This document shows positions 1 to 10,316 of a stretch of 32,464 nucleotides of DNA, one piece after another. The notes beneath the pieces are model-generated. The model did no database searches. It was given only the letters and a program-made list of their open reading frames with translations, and was not told where the DNA came from. Numbering within the stretch: the stretch's first letter is position 1; every line of letters starts with the position of its first letter. The translations under genes were made by a program, and so were the position numbers. The DNA lies in the sequence record DRR723986_20466; one strand, written 5' to 3'.

Positions 1-35
1 GAATCCTGCGCTCTAACCAACTGAGCTACCTCGCC
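1..35 (-). tRNA. 5' half of a tRNA, probably tRNA-Met(CAT), truncated by the window edge
   Basis: Reverse complement reads GGCGAGG-TA-GCTC-AGTTGGTTA-GAGC-G-CAGGA-TT-C: acceptor 5' strand, D-arm and anticodon stem. Only the first anticodon base (C) is inside the window, so Met is inferred. Confidence 0.8.
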
Positions 36-291
36 ATTTATATATTAATGTTGTTTCAATTACTTCAATGAGTTTCTAACCTAGTAGAAATATTTTTTGA
101 TATTGATTTTTGAAATTAATGCCTATATTAAAGCACTTTCATCCGTCAAATGAATTAGTTGACAATCGTTTATTATCAACCCAGATAACCTCCCGTTCGA
201 ATGGGAATGCAAATATGAGGTCTTGTATTGTGAAATGCAAGTTGACGTTCTTTAAAAAAATGAATTTTTACATAGAGTAAAAACGATTACC

Positions 292-687
292 ATGGTTAAA
301 AACAAGTTTGTGGCTGATTATCAAATCAATGCCTCCAAAAAAATAGTTTTCCACTATTTGAGTACTGCAAGTGGATTAGAGGAGTGGTTTGCCGATGAAG
401 TGAAAATAAACGAGGATAAGAATTATATTTTCAATTTTGATGGCGAGGATCATTACGCTCGCCTAGCTTCTCAGCGAAGTAACTCACATGTGAAATTTGA
501 ATTTTACGACCCAAAAAGTCCTGATGAATCAGATCATGCTTATATAGAATTTAAGCTAGAAGAAAATGATCTTACCCAAACACTCTTTTTAAAAGTGATT
601 GATTACTCGGATAGCTATGAAGACGATGAGCTAGTTGCGATCTGGGAAGGATTAATTGGGAGATTGAAAGATATTATAGGTGGGTAA
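292..687 (+). CDS. START-like/SRPBCC-fold domain protein
   Basis: 131 aa with LSTASGLEEWFADEV motif and C-terminal helix (WEGLIGRLKDIIGG) typical of Bacteroidota START-like proteins. Confidence 0.75.
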   Translation: MVKNKFVADYQINASKKIVFHYLSTASGLEEWFADEVKINEDKNYIFNFDGEDHYARLASQRSNSHVKFEFYDPKSPDESDHAYIEFKLEENDLTQTLFLKVIDYSDSYEDDELVAIWEGLIGRLKDIIGG

Positions 688-758
688 TCTCAATTCATTT
701 TAGCAAATTTGAACTTCGACTCCAAGGCTTCGTATTTGCCTAGTGAGCAGTTTAAATA

Positions 759-2546
759 ATGAAGAAACTAGATAAACTTATACTTGGGTCTTTTTTAGGC
801 CCATTTTTATTGACTTTTATTGTCGTGGATTTTATCCTGTTGACTGTCAACATGCTGAAATATTTCGATGAGATTTTTGGTAAGGGACTGAGCTTCTGGA
901 TCTATGCTGAATTGATTGGGTACTTTGTGATTAGCATTTCCCCCATGGCATTGCCTCTTGCAGTGCTACTTTCCAGTTTAATGACTTTTGGCAATCTTGG
1001 AGAGCATTTTGAATTAACGGCTATAAAAAGCAGTGGGATCTCTCTATTGCGGGCATTAAGGCCAATTGGTGTGTTTGTGATTATTCTTTCCTTTGCTGCA
1101 TACCTTTCCAACAATTACCTGGTTCCTAAGGTAAATCTGAAGACGTTTAGTTTGCTTTATGATATTCGAATGAAATCTCCGGCGTTGGATATAAAAGCTG
1201 GAGTGTTCTACGCAGGGATTCCTGGTTATAGTATTAAGGTCAATGAAAAAGTAGGTGAATATGGGCTCAAAGACATAATAATCTACAGCCATGCAGGTGG
1301 GTCTTCAGGAAATTTAAATATGACCCTTGCAGACTCGGGTAGGATGGAACCCTTTTTCAATGAAAATTACATGAAGCTTTCCTTGTTTCAAGGAATTAAT
1401 TACAGTGAAGAAAGGCAAACAAGAGGTATTAAGGAAAAACCTGTAGAATTTAATAGAACTTCTTTCGATACAAATGAAATTGTATTTGACCTGAATAATA
1501 CCTTTAAACTTAATAGAACAGCAGAAGATGCATGGTCAACGAATAGGTCAATCAAAAATATTTCACAAATAAAACTTGGGCTTGACTCTATTAGTACTTT
1601 ATTGAATGACAAGCTTTATCAAAATTATCAAAGTACTGAAAGTATTTACCCCTTCTTCACGAGAGATAGAAAATTTGATCCTCCAGTTGATATTGCCCAA
1701 CGTAAGTTTTTAGACGATTCAGTTAGGAAGGCAAAATTTGAAAAAGAAGAGGCTATAAAAGATTCCTTAGAGAATTTAAAGTTCAATGCCAAGAAGGATA
1801 CAAGTGCTGTTTTGACTGATAATCCAGAAGCTAGGTTGCCAAGCCGCGCAGGTAAAGACTCAGCCATCACTTCAATTCAATCAATTAAAGTAAAGACTAC
1901 ATCTGTTCAAGATTCCCCTAATATTACGGCCAATACTAAAAGGCAAATAAAAGATCAACCTGCCGCACTGGATTCAGCTGTAATGCCTGAAGCTAAAGTA
2001 GCAGTAAAAGTAACTAGAACTGCTCCTCTTACCGATAAGGAAAAAAAGGAGATCGATTCCTTAGTGGAAGGTCGAGGAATAAAGTTAAGTGCCGTTAATA
2101 TGGCATTGAATAATTCCAGAAGCCTGAAAAACAACTTTTCCATTCGCAAAACTGAAATAGATAATTATAAGAGAGACTACAGGAGATTCCAAATAGCATG
2201 GTATCAAAAATACACGCAAGCCTTCGCTTGCTTTGCAATGTTTTTGATTGGCGCACCACTTGGCGCAATTATTAAAAAAGGTGGACTAGGCATGCCTGTA
2301 TTAGTATCTATTATTTTCTTTATCGTTTACTATATGCTTACCATAACAGGGGAGAAGTGGGCCAAAGAAGGGCTAACTGATCCATTATTTGGGACTTGGT
2401 TTTCAATATTGTGTTTACTTCCCTTCGGATTATTCTTTATAAGACAAGCAAGAAAAGACTCCAGGCTATTCGAACCTGACTTCTATTTGAGCATGTGGAA
2501 AAGTGTTCAAAACAGAATTAAAGTTCTTCGTTCAAAAGCGAATTAA
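759..2546 (+). CDS. LptF/LptG family LPS export permease
   Basis: N-terminal TM helices, LPLAVLLSSLMTFGNLGEHFELTAIKSSGISL motif, periplasmic domain, C-terminal IGAPLGAIIKKGG plus 3 TM helices. Confidence 0.9.
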   Translation: MKKLDKLILGSFLGPFLLTFIVVDFILLTVNMLKYFDEIFGKGLSFWIYAELIGYFVISISPMALPLAVLLSSLMTFGNLGEHFELTAIKSSGISLLRALRPIGVFVIILSFAAYLSNNYLVPKVNLKTFSLLYDIRMKSPALDIKAGVFYAGIPGYSIKVNEKVGEYGLKDIIIYSHAGGSSGNLNMTLADSGRMEPFFNENYMKLSLFQGINYSEERQTRGIKEKPVEFNRTSFDTNEIVFDLNNTFKLNRTAEDAWSTNRSIKNISQIKLGLDSISTLLNDKLYQNYQSTESIYPFFTRDRKFDPPVDIAQRKFLDDSVRKAKFEKEEAIKDSLENLKFNAKKDTSAVLTDNPEARLPSRAGKDSAITSIQSIKVKTTSVQDSPNITANTKRQIKDQPAALDSAVMPEAKVAVKVTRTAPLTDKEKKEIDSLVEGRGIKLSAVNMALNNSRSLKNNFSIRKTEIDNYKRDYRRFQIAWYQKYTQAFACFAMFLIGAPLGAIIKKGGLGMPVLVSIIFFIVYYMLTITGEKWAKEGLTDPLFGTWFSILCLLPFGLFFIRQARKDSRLFEPDFYLSMWKSVQNRIKVLRSKAN

Positions 2547-2571
2547 GCTTTCATATTCTTAAAATATATCT

Positions 2572-2579
2572 TACCTTTG
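2572..2579 (+). promoter_or_regulatory. Bacteroidota -7 promoter element (TACCTTTG) for rpsO
   Basis: Exact TAnnTTTG match 27 nt before the rpsO ATG. Confidence 0.65.
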
Positions 2580-2606
2580 TGGTTGTTTTACAAAATTTAG
2601 CTAAAC

Positions 2607-2882
2607 ATGTATTTATCCTCAGAGATTAAAGAAGAGTTATTTAAGAATCATGGACGGTTAAAATCTGCTACTGACACAGGATCTCCTGAGTCTCAGATTG
2701 CCCTCTTTACACACAGAATCAAGCATTTGACTGAGCATTTGAAGTCAAATAAGAAGGATCACTCCTCAAGACTTGGTTTATTGAAGCTAGTAGGTAAGAG
2801 AAGAAGCCTATTGGATTATCTTCACAAGAAAGAAATCGAGCGATACAGATCAATCATCGCCGAGCTAGGAATCAGAAAATAA
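2607..2882 (+). CDS. rpsO: 30S ribosomal protein S15
   Basis: [10 protein letters not shown] and [24 protein letters not shown] motifs; lies upstream of pnp. Confidence 0.98.
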   Translation: MYLSSEIKEELFKNHGRLKSATDTGSPESQIALFTHRIKHLTEHLKSNKKDHSSRLGLLKLVGKRRSLLDYLHKKEIERYRSIIAELGIRK

Positions 2883-2889
2883 CCAATCT

Positions 2890-2924
2890 AGTAAGGTTCT
2901 CTTGAGTGAGAACCTTACTTTTTT
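2890..2924 (+). terminator. Intrinsic terminator/stem-loop between rpsO and pnp
   Basis: Perfect 12-bp stem AGTAAGGTTCTC / GAGAACCTTACT with a 6-nt loop and T tract. Confidence 0.8.
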
Positions 2925-2980
2925 ATTTTTAAGGTTATACCGAAACTTTTACCACTTACGACGCAAACTAACAATTATTT

Positions 2981-5122
2981 ATGTTACCGAATTTAATCAC
3001 CAAGACCATCACGCTTGAAGATGGCAGAGAAATTATAATAGAAACCGGTGCATTGGCTAAACAAGCTGATGGATCAGTAGTAGTGAAGATGGGTAAGGCT
3101 ATGCTTTTGGCTACAGTAGTATCCAAGAAGGAAGCTGGAGAAGGGGTGGACTTTTTACCTATGTCAGTTGATTACCAAGAGAAGTTTGCTTCCTCAGGAA
3201 AGATCCCAGGAGGTTTTTTGAAGAGAGAAGGAAGACTTTCCGATTACGAGATTTTGATTAGCCGTATTGTAGATAGAGCTATTCGCCCAATTTTCCCAGA
3301 TGATTATCACGCAGATACTCAGATCGCCATTACCTTAATAAGTGGTGATGAGGATGTGCTTCCAGATGCACTAGCAGGTCTTGCGGCTTCTGCTGCTTTA
3401 GCAGTTTCTGATATACCTTTCAATGGTCCTATCTCTGAAGTTCGTGTAGCTAAAATTGATGGTAAATTGAAAATTAATCCTTCTCCTTTGGAGTTGGAAA
3501 AAGCTTCTTTGGAATTTATAGTTGCAGGATCACTTGATTTTATCCTAATGGTAGAAGGTGAAGCTGACGAGATTCAGGAAGAAGAAATGCTAGAAGCGAT
3601 GCAATATGCTCATGAGGAAATCAAGAGACATTGCCAGGCTCAAATCGAGTTGACAAAGCTTGTAGGTAAAGAAGTAAAAAGAGAATACAATCACGAGAAG
3701 TCTGATCCAGCTCTTTTCGATAAAATGAGAGCAGAAGTTTACGACAAGCTTTATGCTTCTGTAGGCAAACTTATTGCTAATAAATCTGAGCGTTCTGCTT
3801 TAATTAAAGAAATTAAGGAAGAGTTCGTAGCTAGCTTAGGTGAAGATCACGGATACGAAGCAAGCCTTATTGGTCCATATTTCAGTAAGATCCATAAGGA
3901 AGCTGCTAGAAATTTGACTTTGAATGAGAAGAAAAGATTGGATGGTAGAAAATTGGACGAAGTAAGACCTATTTGGTCGGTCGTTGATTATTTACCTTCT
4001 GCTCACGGATCTGCAGTGTTTACCAGAGGTGAAACACAATCATTGACTACTTGTACATTGGGTACTAAGATGGACGAGATGATGGTAGATGGTGCGACTA
4101 TCTCAGGATACAACAAATTTTACCTTCACTATAATTTCCCTGGCTTCTCTACAGGTGAAGTAAAACCTAACAGAGGTCCAGGAAGAAGAGAAGTTGGTCA
4201 TGGTAACCTTGCCATGAGAGCTTTGAAAAAAGTACTTCCTCCTGTTGAGGAGAATCCATATACCATCCGTATCGTTTCTGACATTTTAGAATCTAACGGT
4301 TCATCTTCTATGGCAACCGTTTGTGCGGGTTCATTGGCATTGATGGATGCAGGTATACCTATCAAATCTGCTGTAACTGGTATCGCTATGGGGATGATCT
4401 CTGATGCGAAAACTGGTAAATATTCTATCCTTTCAGATATTTTGGGAGACGAAGATCATCTAGGTGATATGGATTTCAAGGTAACTGGAACTTCTAAAGG
4501 GATCACTGCTTGTCAGATGGACTTGAAAGTTGAAGGATTGGATTACTCAGTTTTGAAAGAGGCTTTGCTTCAGGCAAAAGAAGGTAGACTTCATATTTTG
4601 GATGAAATCACCAAGACTCTTGCAGCTCCTAAGGCAGAATTGAAGCCTCATACGCCAAGATCTTTCATCATGATGATTCCAAAGGAATTGATTGGTGCGG
4701 TGATTGGACCAGGTGGTAAGGTGATTCAGGAAATCCAGAAGGATACTGGAGCTACTATTGTCATTGAAGAAGTTGATAATCAGGGTAAAATTAATATTTT
4801 CTCTGCAAATCAAGATAAACTTAATGCTGCTCTTTCCCGTATCAAAGCAATCGTAGCGCAACCTGAAATTGGAGAGACTTATACTGGAAAAGTAAAAAAT
4901 ATTCAACCTTTTGGCGCCTTTGTGGAATTTATGCCGGGTAAGGATGGTTTACTACATATCTCGGAGATCAAGCATGAGCGTGTAGAAACTATGGACGGTG
5001 TGCTTGAGCCAGGAGAAGAAATACAGGTTAAATTGATCGATGTCGATAAGAAGACTGGTAAATTTAAACTTTCAAGAAAGGCTTTATTGCCAAAACCTGA
5101 GAAACCAGCATCTAATTCATAA
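2981..5122 (+). CDS. pnp: Polyribonucleotide nucleotidyltransferase (PNPase)
   Basis: Two RNase PH domains ([37 protein letters not shown]), KH (IGPGGK) and S1 ([14 protein letters not shown]) domains. Confidence 0.98.
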   Translation: MLPNLITKTITLEDGREIIIETGALAKQADGSVVVKMGKAMLLATVVSKKEAGEGVDFLPMSVDYQEKFASSGKIPGGFLKREGRLSDYEILISRIVDRAIRPIFPDDYHADTQIAITLISGDEDVLPDALAGLAASAALAVSDIPFNGPISEVRVAKIDGKLKINPSPLELEKASLEFIVAGSLDFILMVEGEADEIQEEEMLEAMQYAHEEIKRHCQAQIELTKLVGKEVKREYNHEKSDPALFDKMRAEVYDKLYASVGKLIANKSERSALIKEIKEEFVASLGEDHGYEASLIGPYFSKIHKEAARNLTLNEKKRLDGRKLDEVRPIWSVVDYLPSAHGSAVFTRGETQSLTTCTLGTKMDEMMVDGATISGYNKFYLHYNFPGFSTGEVKPNRGPGRREVGHGNLAMRALKKVLPPVEENPYTIRIVSDILESNGSSSMATVCAGSLALMDAGIPIKSAVTGIAMGMISDAKTGKYSILSDILGDEDHLGDMDFKVTGTSKGITACQMDLKVEGLDYSVLKEALLQAKEGRLHILDEITKTLAAPKAELKPHTPRSFIMMIPKELIGAVIGPGGKVIQEIQKDTGATIVIEEVDNQGKINIFSANQDKLNAALSRIKAIVAQPEIGETYTGKVKNIQPFGAFVEFMPGKDGLLHISEIKHERVETMDGVLEPGEEIQVKLIDVDKKTGKFKLSRKALLPKPEKPASNS

Positions 5123-5189
5123 GGTTAATCGAAACAATTGATTAATTTGATTCTCTTAATATATTAAAATTCACAAATCATATTCCTGA

Positions 5190-6053
5190 ATGAGGCAGCT
5201 AAAGATTAGCAAACAGATTACCAACAGAGAAAGTCAGTCCCTGGATAAATATCTTCAAGAGATTGGAAAAGTTGACCTGTTGACAGCAGATGAAGAAGTA
5301 GTTCTGGCCAAGAGAATTAGAGAAGGTGACCAATTGGCACTGGAAAAATTGACCAAAGCCAACCTTCGATTTGTAGTATCAGTTGCCAAGCAGTACCAAA
5401 ACCAAGGACTTTCTTTGGGAGATTTGATAAATGAGGGAAACCTTGGTTTGATCAAAGCTGCGCAGCGATTTGATGAAACTCGTGGATTTAAATTCATTTC
5501 TTATGCCGTTTGGTGGATTAGACAATCTATCCTTCAGGCACTTGCAGAGCAGTCAAGAATTGTTCGTCTTCCATTGAACAGAGTAGGTTCATTGAATAAG
5601 ATTAGCAAGACTTTCAGCGAGCTTGAGCAGAAATTTGAGCGTGAACCATCTCCAGAAGAATTGGCAGAGGTTCTAGAAGTGACTGCTAACGAGGTTGTTG
5701 ATACCATGAAGATTTCTGGTCGTCACGTATCTATGGATGCACCATTCGTGCAAGGTGAAGAAAATAGCCTTTTGGACGTTTTGGAAAATGATGGTGATGA
5801 AAAGCCAGATGACGGATTGATGAATGATTCCCTTCGTAAGGAGGTTCAAAGAGCACTTTCCACGTTGACACAAAGAGAGGCTGATGTAATCACGCTTTAC
5901 TTTGGTCTCAACGGAGAGCATGCCATGACCTTGGAAGAAATTGGAGAGAAATTCAATCTGACCAGAGAGCGAGTAAGACAAATCAAAGAGAAGGCAATCC
6001 GCCGTCTGAGACATACATCCCGTAGTAAGACGCTGAAACCTTACCTCGGATAA
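5190..6053 (+). CDS. rpoD: Primary sigma-70 factor (Bacteroidota type, lacking region 1.1)
   Basis: [26 protein letters not shown] and [19 protein letters not shown] motifs; 287 aa. Confidence 0.93.
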   Translation: MRQLKISKQITNRESQSLDKYLQEIGKVDLLTADEEVVLAKRIREGDQLALEKLTKANLRFVVSVAKQYQNQGLSLGDLINEGNLGLIKAAQRFDETRGFKFISYAVWWIRQSILQALAEQSRIVRLPLNRVGSLNKISKTFSELEQKFEREPSPEELAEVLEVTANEVVDTMKISGRHVSMDAPFVQGEENSLLDVLENDGDEKPDDGLMNDSLRKEVQRALSTLTQREADVITLYFGLNGEHAMTLEEIGEKFNLTRERVRQIKEKAIRRLRHTSRSKTLKPYLG

Positions 6054-6070
6054 GATAGCACACAAAACAC

Positions 6071-6096
6071 AGGGGGTTAATAGCCCCCTTTTTTTA
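6071..6096 (+). terminator. Intrinsic terminator after rpoD
   Basis: AGGGGGTTA-A-TAGCCCCCT stem-loop followed by a T tract. Confidence 0.8.
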
Positions 6097-6232
6097 TACC
6101 ATCTCTTTTGACCAGTTCATTGTAGTAATTTATTCTATGACTTAAGTCAAATCCTTAGGGAATTTTAACAATATGCAACTTTGTTACTAGGAGAGAATTC
6201 GTAAAATTTGCCCGATTTAATATTAACTATTA

Positions 6233-7177
6233 ATGAAACCAGAAATTGAAAAAGTAAAAGTTTTGATCATTGGATCAGGACCGGCAGGTTATACTGCAGC
6301 GATATATGCTTCAAGAGCAGGACTTTCTCCTGTATTGTATACCGGTGCACAGCCAGGTGGTCAACTGACCATTACTAATGATGTCGAAAATTATCCCGGG
6401 TATCCAAATAGTATCACTGGACCGGAGATGATGGAAGACTTTAGAAAACAAGCCGAACGATTTGGTACTCAGGTGAGATATGGCTTGGCCACAAGTGTGG
6501 ATTTTACCACCAAACCTCATACGGTCATTATGGATGAGCAGGTAACTATTCATGCGGATACTGTTTTAATATCCACAGGGGCCTCTGCTAAATGGTTAGG
6601 AATAGAAAGTGAAACTCGACTCAATGGCAAGGGGGTTTCTGCCTGTGCAGTTTGCGATGGGTTTTTCTTCAGAGGTCAGGAAGTTGCAATAGTTGGAGCA
6701 GGGGATACTGCATGTGAAGAAGCTTCTTACCTTTCCAATATTTGTAGTAAAGTTTACATGCTTGTGCGTAAGGACGAGATGCGTGCATCTCAAATCATGC
6801 AAAAACGTGTGATGAACAACCCAAAGATTGAAATCCTCTGGAATACTGAGACAGATGAAATACTGGGCGAGGATGAGGTAAATGGCCTTAGAATCTTTAA
6901 CAATAAAACTGGAGAAAAATCAGAAATCGCCATTTCTGGCTTCTTTGTTGCTATTGGACATCAACCAAACACCGGTATATTCAAAGATTATATTCATATG
7001 GATGAAGCCGGGTATATCAAAACTATCCCAGGAAGTACAAAAACCAACATCGAAGGCGTTTTTGCTTGTGGAGATGCTCAAGATAACATCTACAGGCAAG
7101 CAGTCACTGCGGCAGGCACAGGTTGTATGGCTGCTTTGGATGCTGAGCGATATTTGGCTGAGTTCGAGAATGATTAA
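6233..7177 (+). CDS. trxB: Thioredoxin-disulfide reductase
   Basis: IIGSGPAG FAD motif, CAVCDG active site, NADPH-binding VGAGDTA, GVFACGD and YRQAVTAAGTG. Confidence 0.97.
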   Translation: MKPEIEKVKVLIIGSGPAGYTAAIYASRAGLSPVLYTGAQPGGQLTITNDVENYPGYPNSITGPEMMEDFRKQAERFGTQVRYGLATSVDFTTKPHTVIMDEQVTIHADTVLISTGASAKWLGIESETRLNGKGVSACAVCDGFFFRGQEVAIVGAGDTACEEASYLSNICSKVYMLVRKDEMRASQIMQKRVMNNPKIEILWNTETDEILGEDEVNGLRIFNNKTGEKSEIAISGFFVAIGHQPNTGIFKDYIHMDEAGYIKTIPGSTKTNIEGVFACGDAQDNIYRQAVTAAGTGCMAALDAERYLAEFEND

Positions 7178-7186
7178 ACCCAATAG

Positions 7187-8230
7187 ATGAGGTACTCAAT
7201 CCTATTTGTAGTCTTTTGTTTAAATCTGAGCATTGGCGCTTTAAATGCCAATGCTCAAATTTTTCCTAAGATTATCAAGAAAAATAATACTACGCAATCT
7301 ACTGGATCAGGCCAGGAGAGGAGGAATATAGAGCTAAGAGGGTTTGATCAGGAATCTTACCTTAGGACATTATCTTCAGTCACTGATTCCATTATTTTTG
7401 AAAATAACGTAAATCTCGGAAGAGTAAGGTCTATTATTAGTGAGGACCAGGATATCATGATTTGGGCACCCACAAATCAGTTGATAAAAGTCTCTGAACA
7501 AATCCAAATTGATAGTATCTGGGTTACCGCTTTTGAGTATTACTCTTCTTGGGATTCTAATAAAATTGATATTTATAATTTTGATCCAAAGACATTTTCG
7601 GATACTGTAAATATTCGTCTTTACGATGAGTTTTTTGGATACAATTGGAAAATGCCCCTCGAAATTACTCCCATCACTTCATCCTATGGGTATAGATGGA
7701 GGAGATGGCATTATGGGACAGATTTGGATCTAAACACTGGGGATCCTGTCTATAGTGGTTTTGATGGCATAGTCCGGATAAAATCTTACGATAGGTACGG
7801 GTATGGATACTATATAGTTATCCGACATAAAAATGGCCTGGAAACTCTTTATGGTCATTTATCCAAACAACTAGTCGATGTTGGCCAAGAAGTAAAAGCA
7901 GGTGATTTAATTGCGAAAGGTGGTAATACTGGTAAAAGTACCGGTTCGCATTTGCATTATGAGCTTCGCTACCGAGGTTTAGCCTTCGATGCAGAAAAAG
8001 TATATGATTTTCCTGAGTACAAAATCCGGGATCAAAACTATTTGATAACTCCTGCTCTTTTTGGTAACATAGTTCAAGCTAGAACAAACGCATATCACAA
8101 AGTTAAAAAGGGAGAAAACTTGGGATCCATTGCCAGAAAATATGGTGTTTCAGTCAGTACATTAACTAGACTAAATGGGATCTCAACTCGCACAATATTA
8201 AGAATAGGACAGAACCTCCGGGTTCGCTAG
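7187..8230 (+). CDS. M23 family peptidoglycan DD-metalloendopeptidase with C-terminal LysM
   Basis: Signal peptide; HYGTD, YGHL and HLHYE zinc motifs; LysM HKVKKGENLGSIARKYG. Confidence 0.92.
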   Translation: MRYSILFVVFCLNLSIGALNANAQIFPKIIKKNNTTQSTGSGQERRNIELRGFDQESYLRTLSSVTDSIIFENNVNLGRVRSIISEDQDIMIWAPTNQLIKVSEQIQIDSIWVTAFEYYSSWDSNKIDIYNFDPKTFSDTVNIRLYDEFFGYNWKMPLEITPITSSYGYRWRRWHYGTDLDLNTGDPVYSGFDGIVRIKSYDRYGYGYYIVIRHKNGLETLYGHLSKQLVDVGQEVKAGDLIAKGGNTGKSTGSHLHYELRYRGLAFDAEKVYDFPEYKIRDQNYLITPALFGNIVQARTNAYHKVKKGENLGSIARKYGVSVSTLTRLNGISTRTILRIGQNLRVR

Positions 8231-8242
8231 CCAAAGTAGAAA

Positions 8243-8962
8243 ATGACAAAGCTGGATATTTTAGTTTTTGCAGCACATCCTGATGATGCAGAACTTGGTT
8301 GCTCTGGAACTATCGCAGCCCATGTGGCACTAGGCCATAAAGTAGGGATAGTTGATTTTACGCAGGGAGAAATGGGGACACGTGGAACTCCACAGCTTAG
8401 GCTTCAGGAGGCTGATGCTGCCGGTAAAATTCTTCAATTATCTGCAAGAGAAAATTTAGGCTTTAAGGACGTTTATTTCCAAAATGATGAGTTTCATCAA
8501 ATGAAATTGATCGAAATGATCAGAAAATATAGACCTGAAATTGTTTTGGCTAATGCAGTAATGGACAGACATCCGGACCATGGAAAAGGGTCTAGTTTAG
8601 CATCCACAGCATGCTTTATGAGTGGGCTACGAAAGATTGAAACTTTTTTAGATGGTGAAGTTCAAGAAGCTTGGAGACCAAAATTTGTCTATCACTATAT
8701 TCAGAATAACTACATCGAGCCAGATTTTGTAATGGATATTACTCCATATTGGCAGACTAAAATAGATAGTATCCTTGCTTTCCAATCACAGTTTTACGAT
8801 CCAACGAGTGAAGAACCTGTAAGTTTTATTTCCGATCCGGAGTTTCTACCATTCATAGAAGCAAGAGCCAGAGAATTTGGTCATAAAATTCTAGTGAAAT
8901 ACGGTGAAGGATTCACTGTGGAACGGATGATAGGCACAGATAATCTTTTCGATTTGAAATAA
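8243..8962 (+). CDS. bshB1: Bacillithiol biosynthesis deacetylase BshB1 (PIG-L family)
   Basis: AHPDDAELG, GEMGTRG and RHPDH motifs; C-terminal YGEGF. Confidence 0.88.
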   Translation: MTKLDILVFAAHPDDAELGCSGTIAAHVALGHKVGIVDFTQGEMGTRGTPQLRLQEADAAGKILQLSARENLGFKDVYFQNDEFHQMKLIEMIRKYRPEIVLANAVMDRHPDHGKGSSLASTACFMSGLRKIETFLDGEVQEAWRPKFVYHYIQNNYIEPDFVMDITPYWQTKIDSILAFQSQFYDPTSEEPVSFISDPEFLPFIEARAREFGHKILVKYGEGFTVERMIGTDNLFDLK

Positions 8963-9595
8963 TTAAGGAGCAAGTCTATTTAGAGACCATTCCCCATCCA
9001 CTAGTTCGTATTTAATTCTATCATGAAGTCGACTAGGCCTTCCTTGCCAGAATTCCATAGCATTTGGCATTAGTCTATAGCCTCCCCAGTGCGGTGGACG
9101 AACGATGGCTTTTCCCTCAAATTGCTTTTGAATTTCTAGTTGGCGTTCGTTGATAGTTTCTCTAGAGCTAATTTTTTGACTTTGCGGGGACACCCAAGCT
9201 CCGATTTGTGAACCTATAGGTCTTGAGAAAAAGTAAGTATCTGACTCTTTCTCAATCACTTTTTCTACTTTTCCTCGTACCCGTACCTGACGCTCTAGTT
9301 CAGGCCAAAAAAATGTTAAAGACGCAGCATTGTTGTTTTCAAGTTCTTTTCCTTTCTCGCTAGTATAGTTGGTGAAAAATACAAAACCAGTATCTACTCC
9401 CTTTAATAGCAAAATTCTAGCATTTGGAGCGCCATCCAAACCAATTGTTGATACAGTCATTGCATTAACTTCTAGAACTTGAGCTTTTAAAGCTTCTTCA
9501 AACCATGCTTTGAATTGAACGATTGGATCTATGTTTACATCATTGATATCCAAAGATTTAATAGTGTAGTCTTTACGTATTGCTGAGATGTTCAT
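8963..9595 (-). CDS. pdxH: Pyridoxamine 5'-phosphate oxidase
   Basis: RILLLKG, FFTNYTSEKG, RPPHWGGY and EFWQGRPSRLHDR motifs. Confidence 0.96.
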   Translation of the reverse strand: MNISAIRKDYTIKSLDINDVNIDPIVQFKAWFEEALKAQVLEVNAMTVSTIGLDGAPNARILLLKGVDTGFVFFTNYTSEKGKELENNNAASLTFFWPELERQVRVRGKVEKVIEKESDTYFFSRPIGSQIGAWVSPQSQKISSRETINERQLEIQKQFEGKAIVRPPHWGGYRLMPNAMEFWQGRPSRLHDRIKYELVDGEWSLNRLAP

Positions 9596-9692
9596 AGCTG
9601 GTTTAGTATCAATTAATTCTTAGATATAAAATTACCATAGCCATTGCATTTAAAAAATTATGATCTATATTTTTCAAGAATTTAGAATTTAG

Positions 9693-10268
9693 ATGCGAAT
9701 GATTAAAGATGAACAACGTAACCCTAAGGCTGGTGATCTTTTAATTTCCGAGCCATTTTTGCAAGACGAAAATTTTGTTCGCTCTGTGGTTTTACTTTGT
9801 GAACATTCCGAAGAAGGTAGTTTTGGCCTAATTATCAACAAACCTTCAATACTTAAATTGGGAGAACTTGTAGAAGCACTGGAGTTTTTAGATAAAGAAG
9901 TCTTCGTAGGAGGACCAGTAGAGCAAAATACACTGCATTTCATTTATGTCGGAGAAAAGGCATTAGAGGGCAGTATTTCATTGGGAGAAAATATATGGTG
10001 GGGAGGAGATTACGATTCCTTGGTAGAAAAATTAAAGTTAGGTTTAATTGACCATGATTCAGTCAGGTTCTATTTAGGGTATAGCGGATGGGGTTCTGAG
10101 CAATTAGATGAAGAGTTATCCGATGAGACCTGGATTATCTGTAGGGAAAATCTTGATGAACAAACCTTCAACTTTACCCCGGAAGAACTCTGGAAAAACC
10201 TGCTTAAAAATATGGGAGGGGAGTTTAAGGTAATAGCAAATTATCCTCTTGATCCAAGATTAAATTAG
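9693..10268 (+). CDS. YqgE/AlgH family protein
   Basis: FVRSVVLLCEH, GSFGLIINKP, VFVGGPV and RFYLGYSGW motifs. Confidence 0.92.
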   Translation: MRMIKDEQRNPKAGDLLISEPFLQDENFVRSVVLLCEHSEEGSFGLIINKPSILKLGELVEALEFLDKEVFVGGPVEQNTLHFIYVGEKALEGSISLGENIWWGGDYDSLVEKLKLGLIDHDSVRFYLGYSGWGSEQLDEELSDETWIICRENLDEQTFNFTPEELWKNLLKNMGGEFKVIANYPLDPRLN

Positions 10269-10278
10269 GCAAAATCCC

Positions 10279-10286
10279 TACTTTTG
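10279..10286 (+). promoter_or_regulatory. Bacteroidota -7 element (TACTTTTG) for the DUF349 gene
   Basis: Exact TAnnTTTG overlapping the ORF-track TTG start, supporting the downstream ATG at 10317. Confidence 0.55.
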
Positions 10287-10316
10287 CCCATATTGCCGCT
10301 TAATAGTACTGTTTTT

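Noticed and set aside
2580-2606. S15 autoregulatory leader RNA
   Set aside because: The predicted 5' UTR is only ~20 nt with no evident structure.
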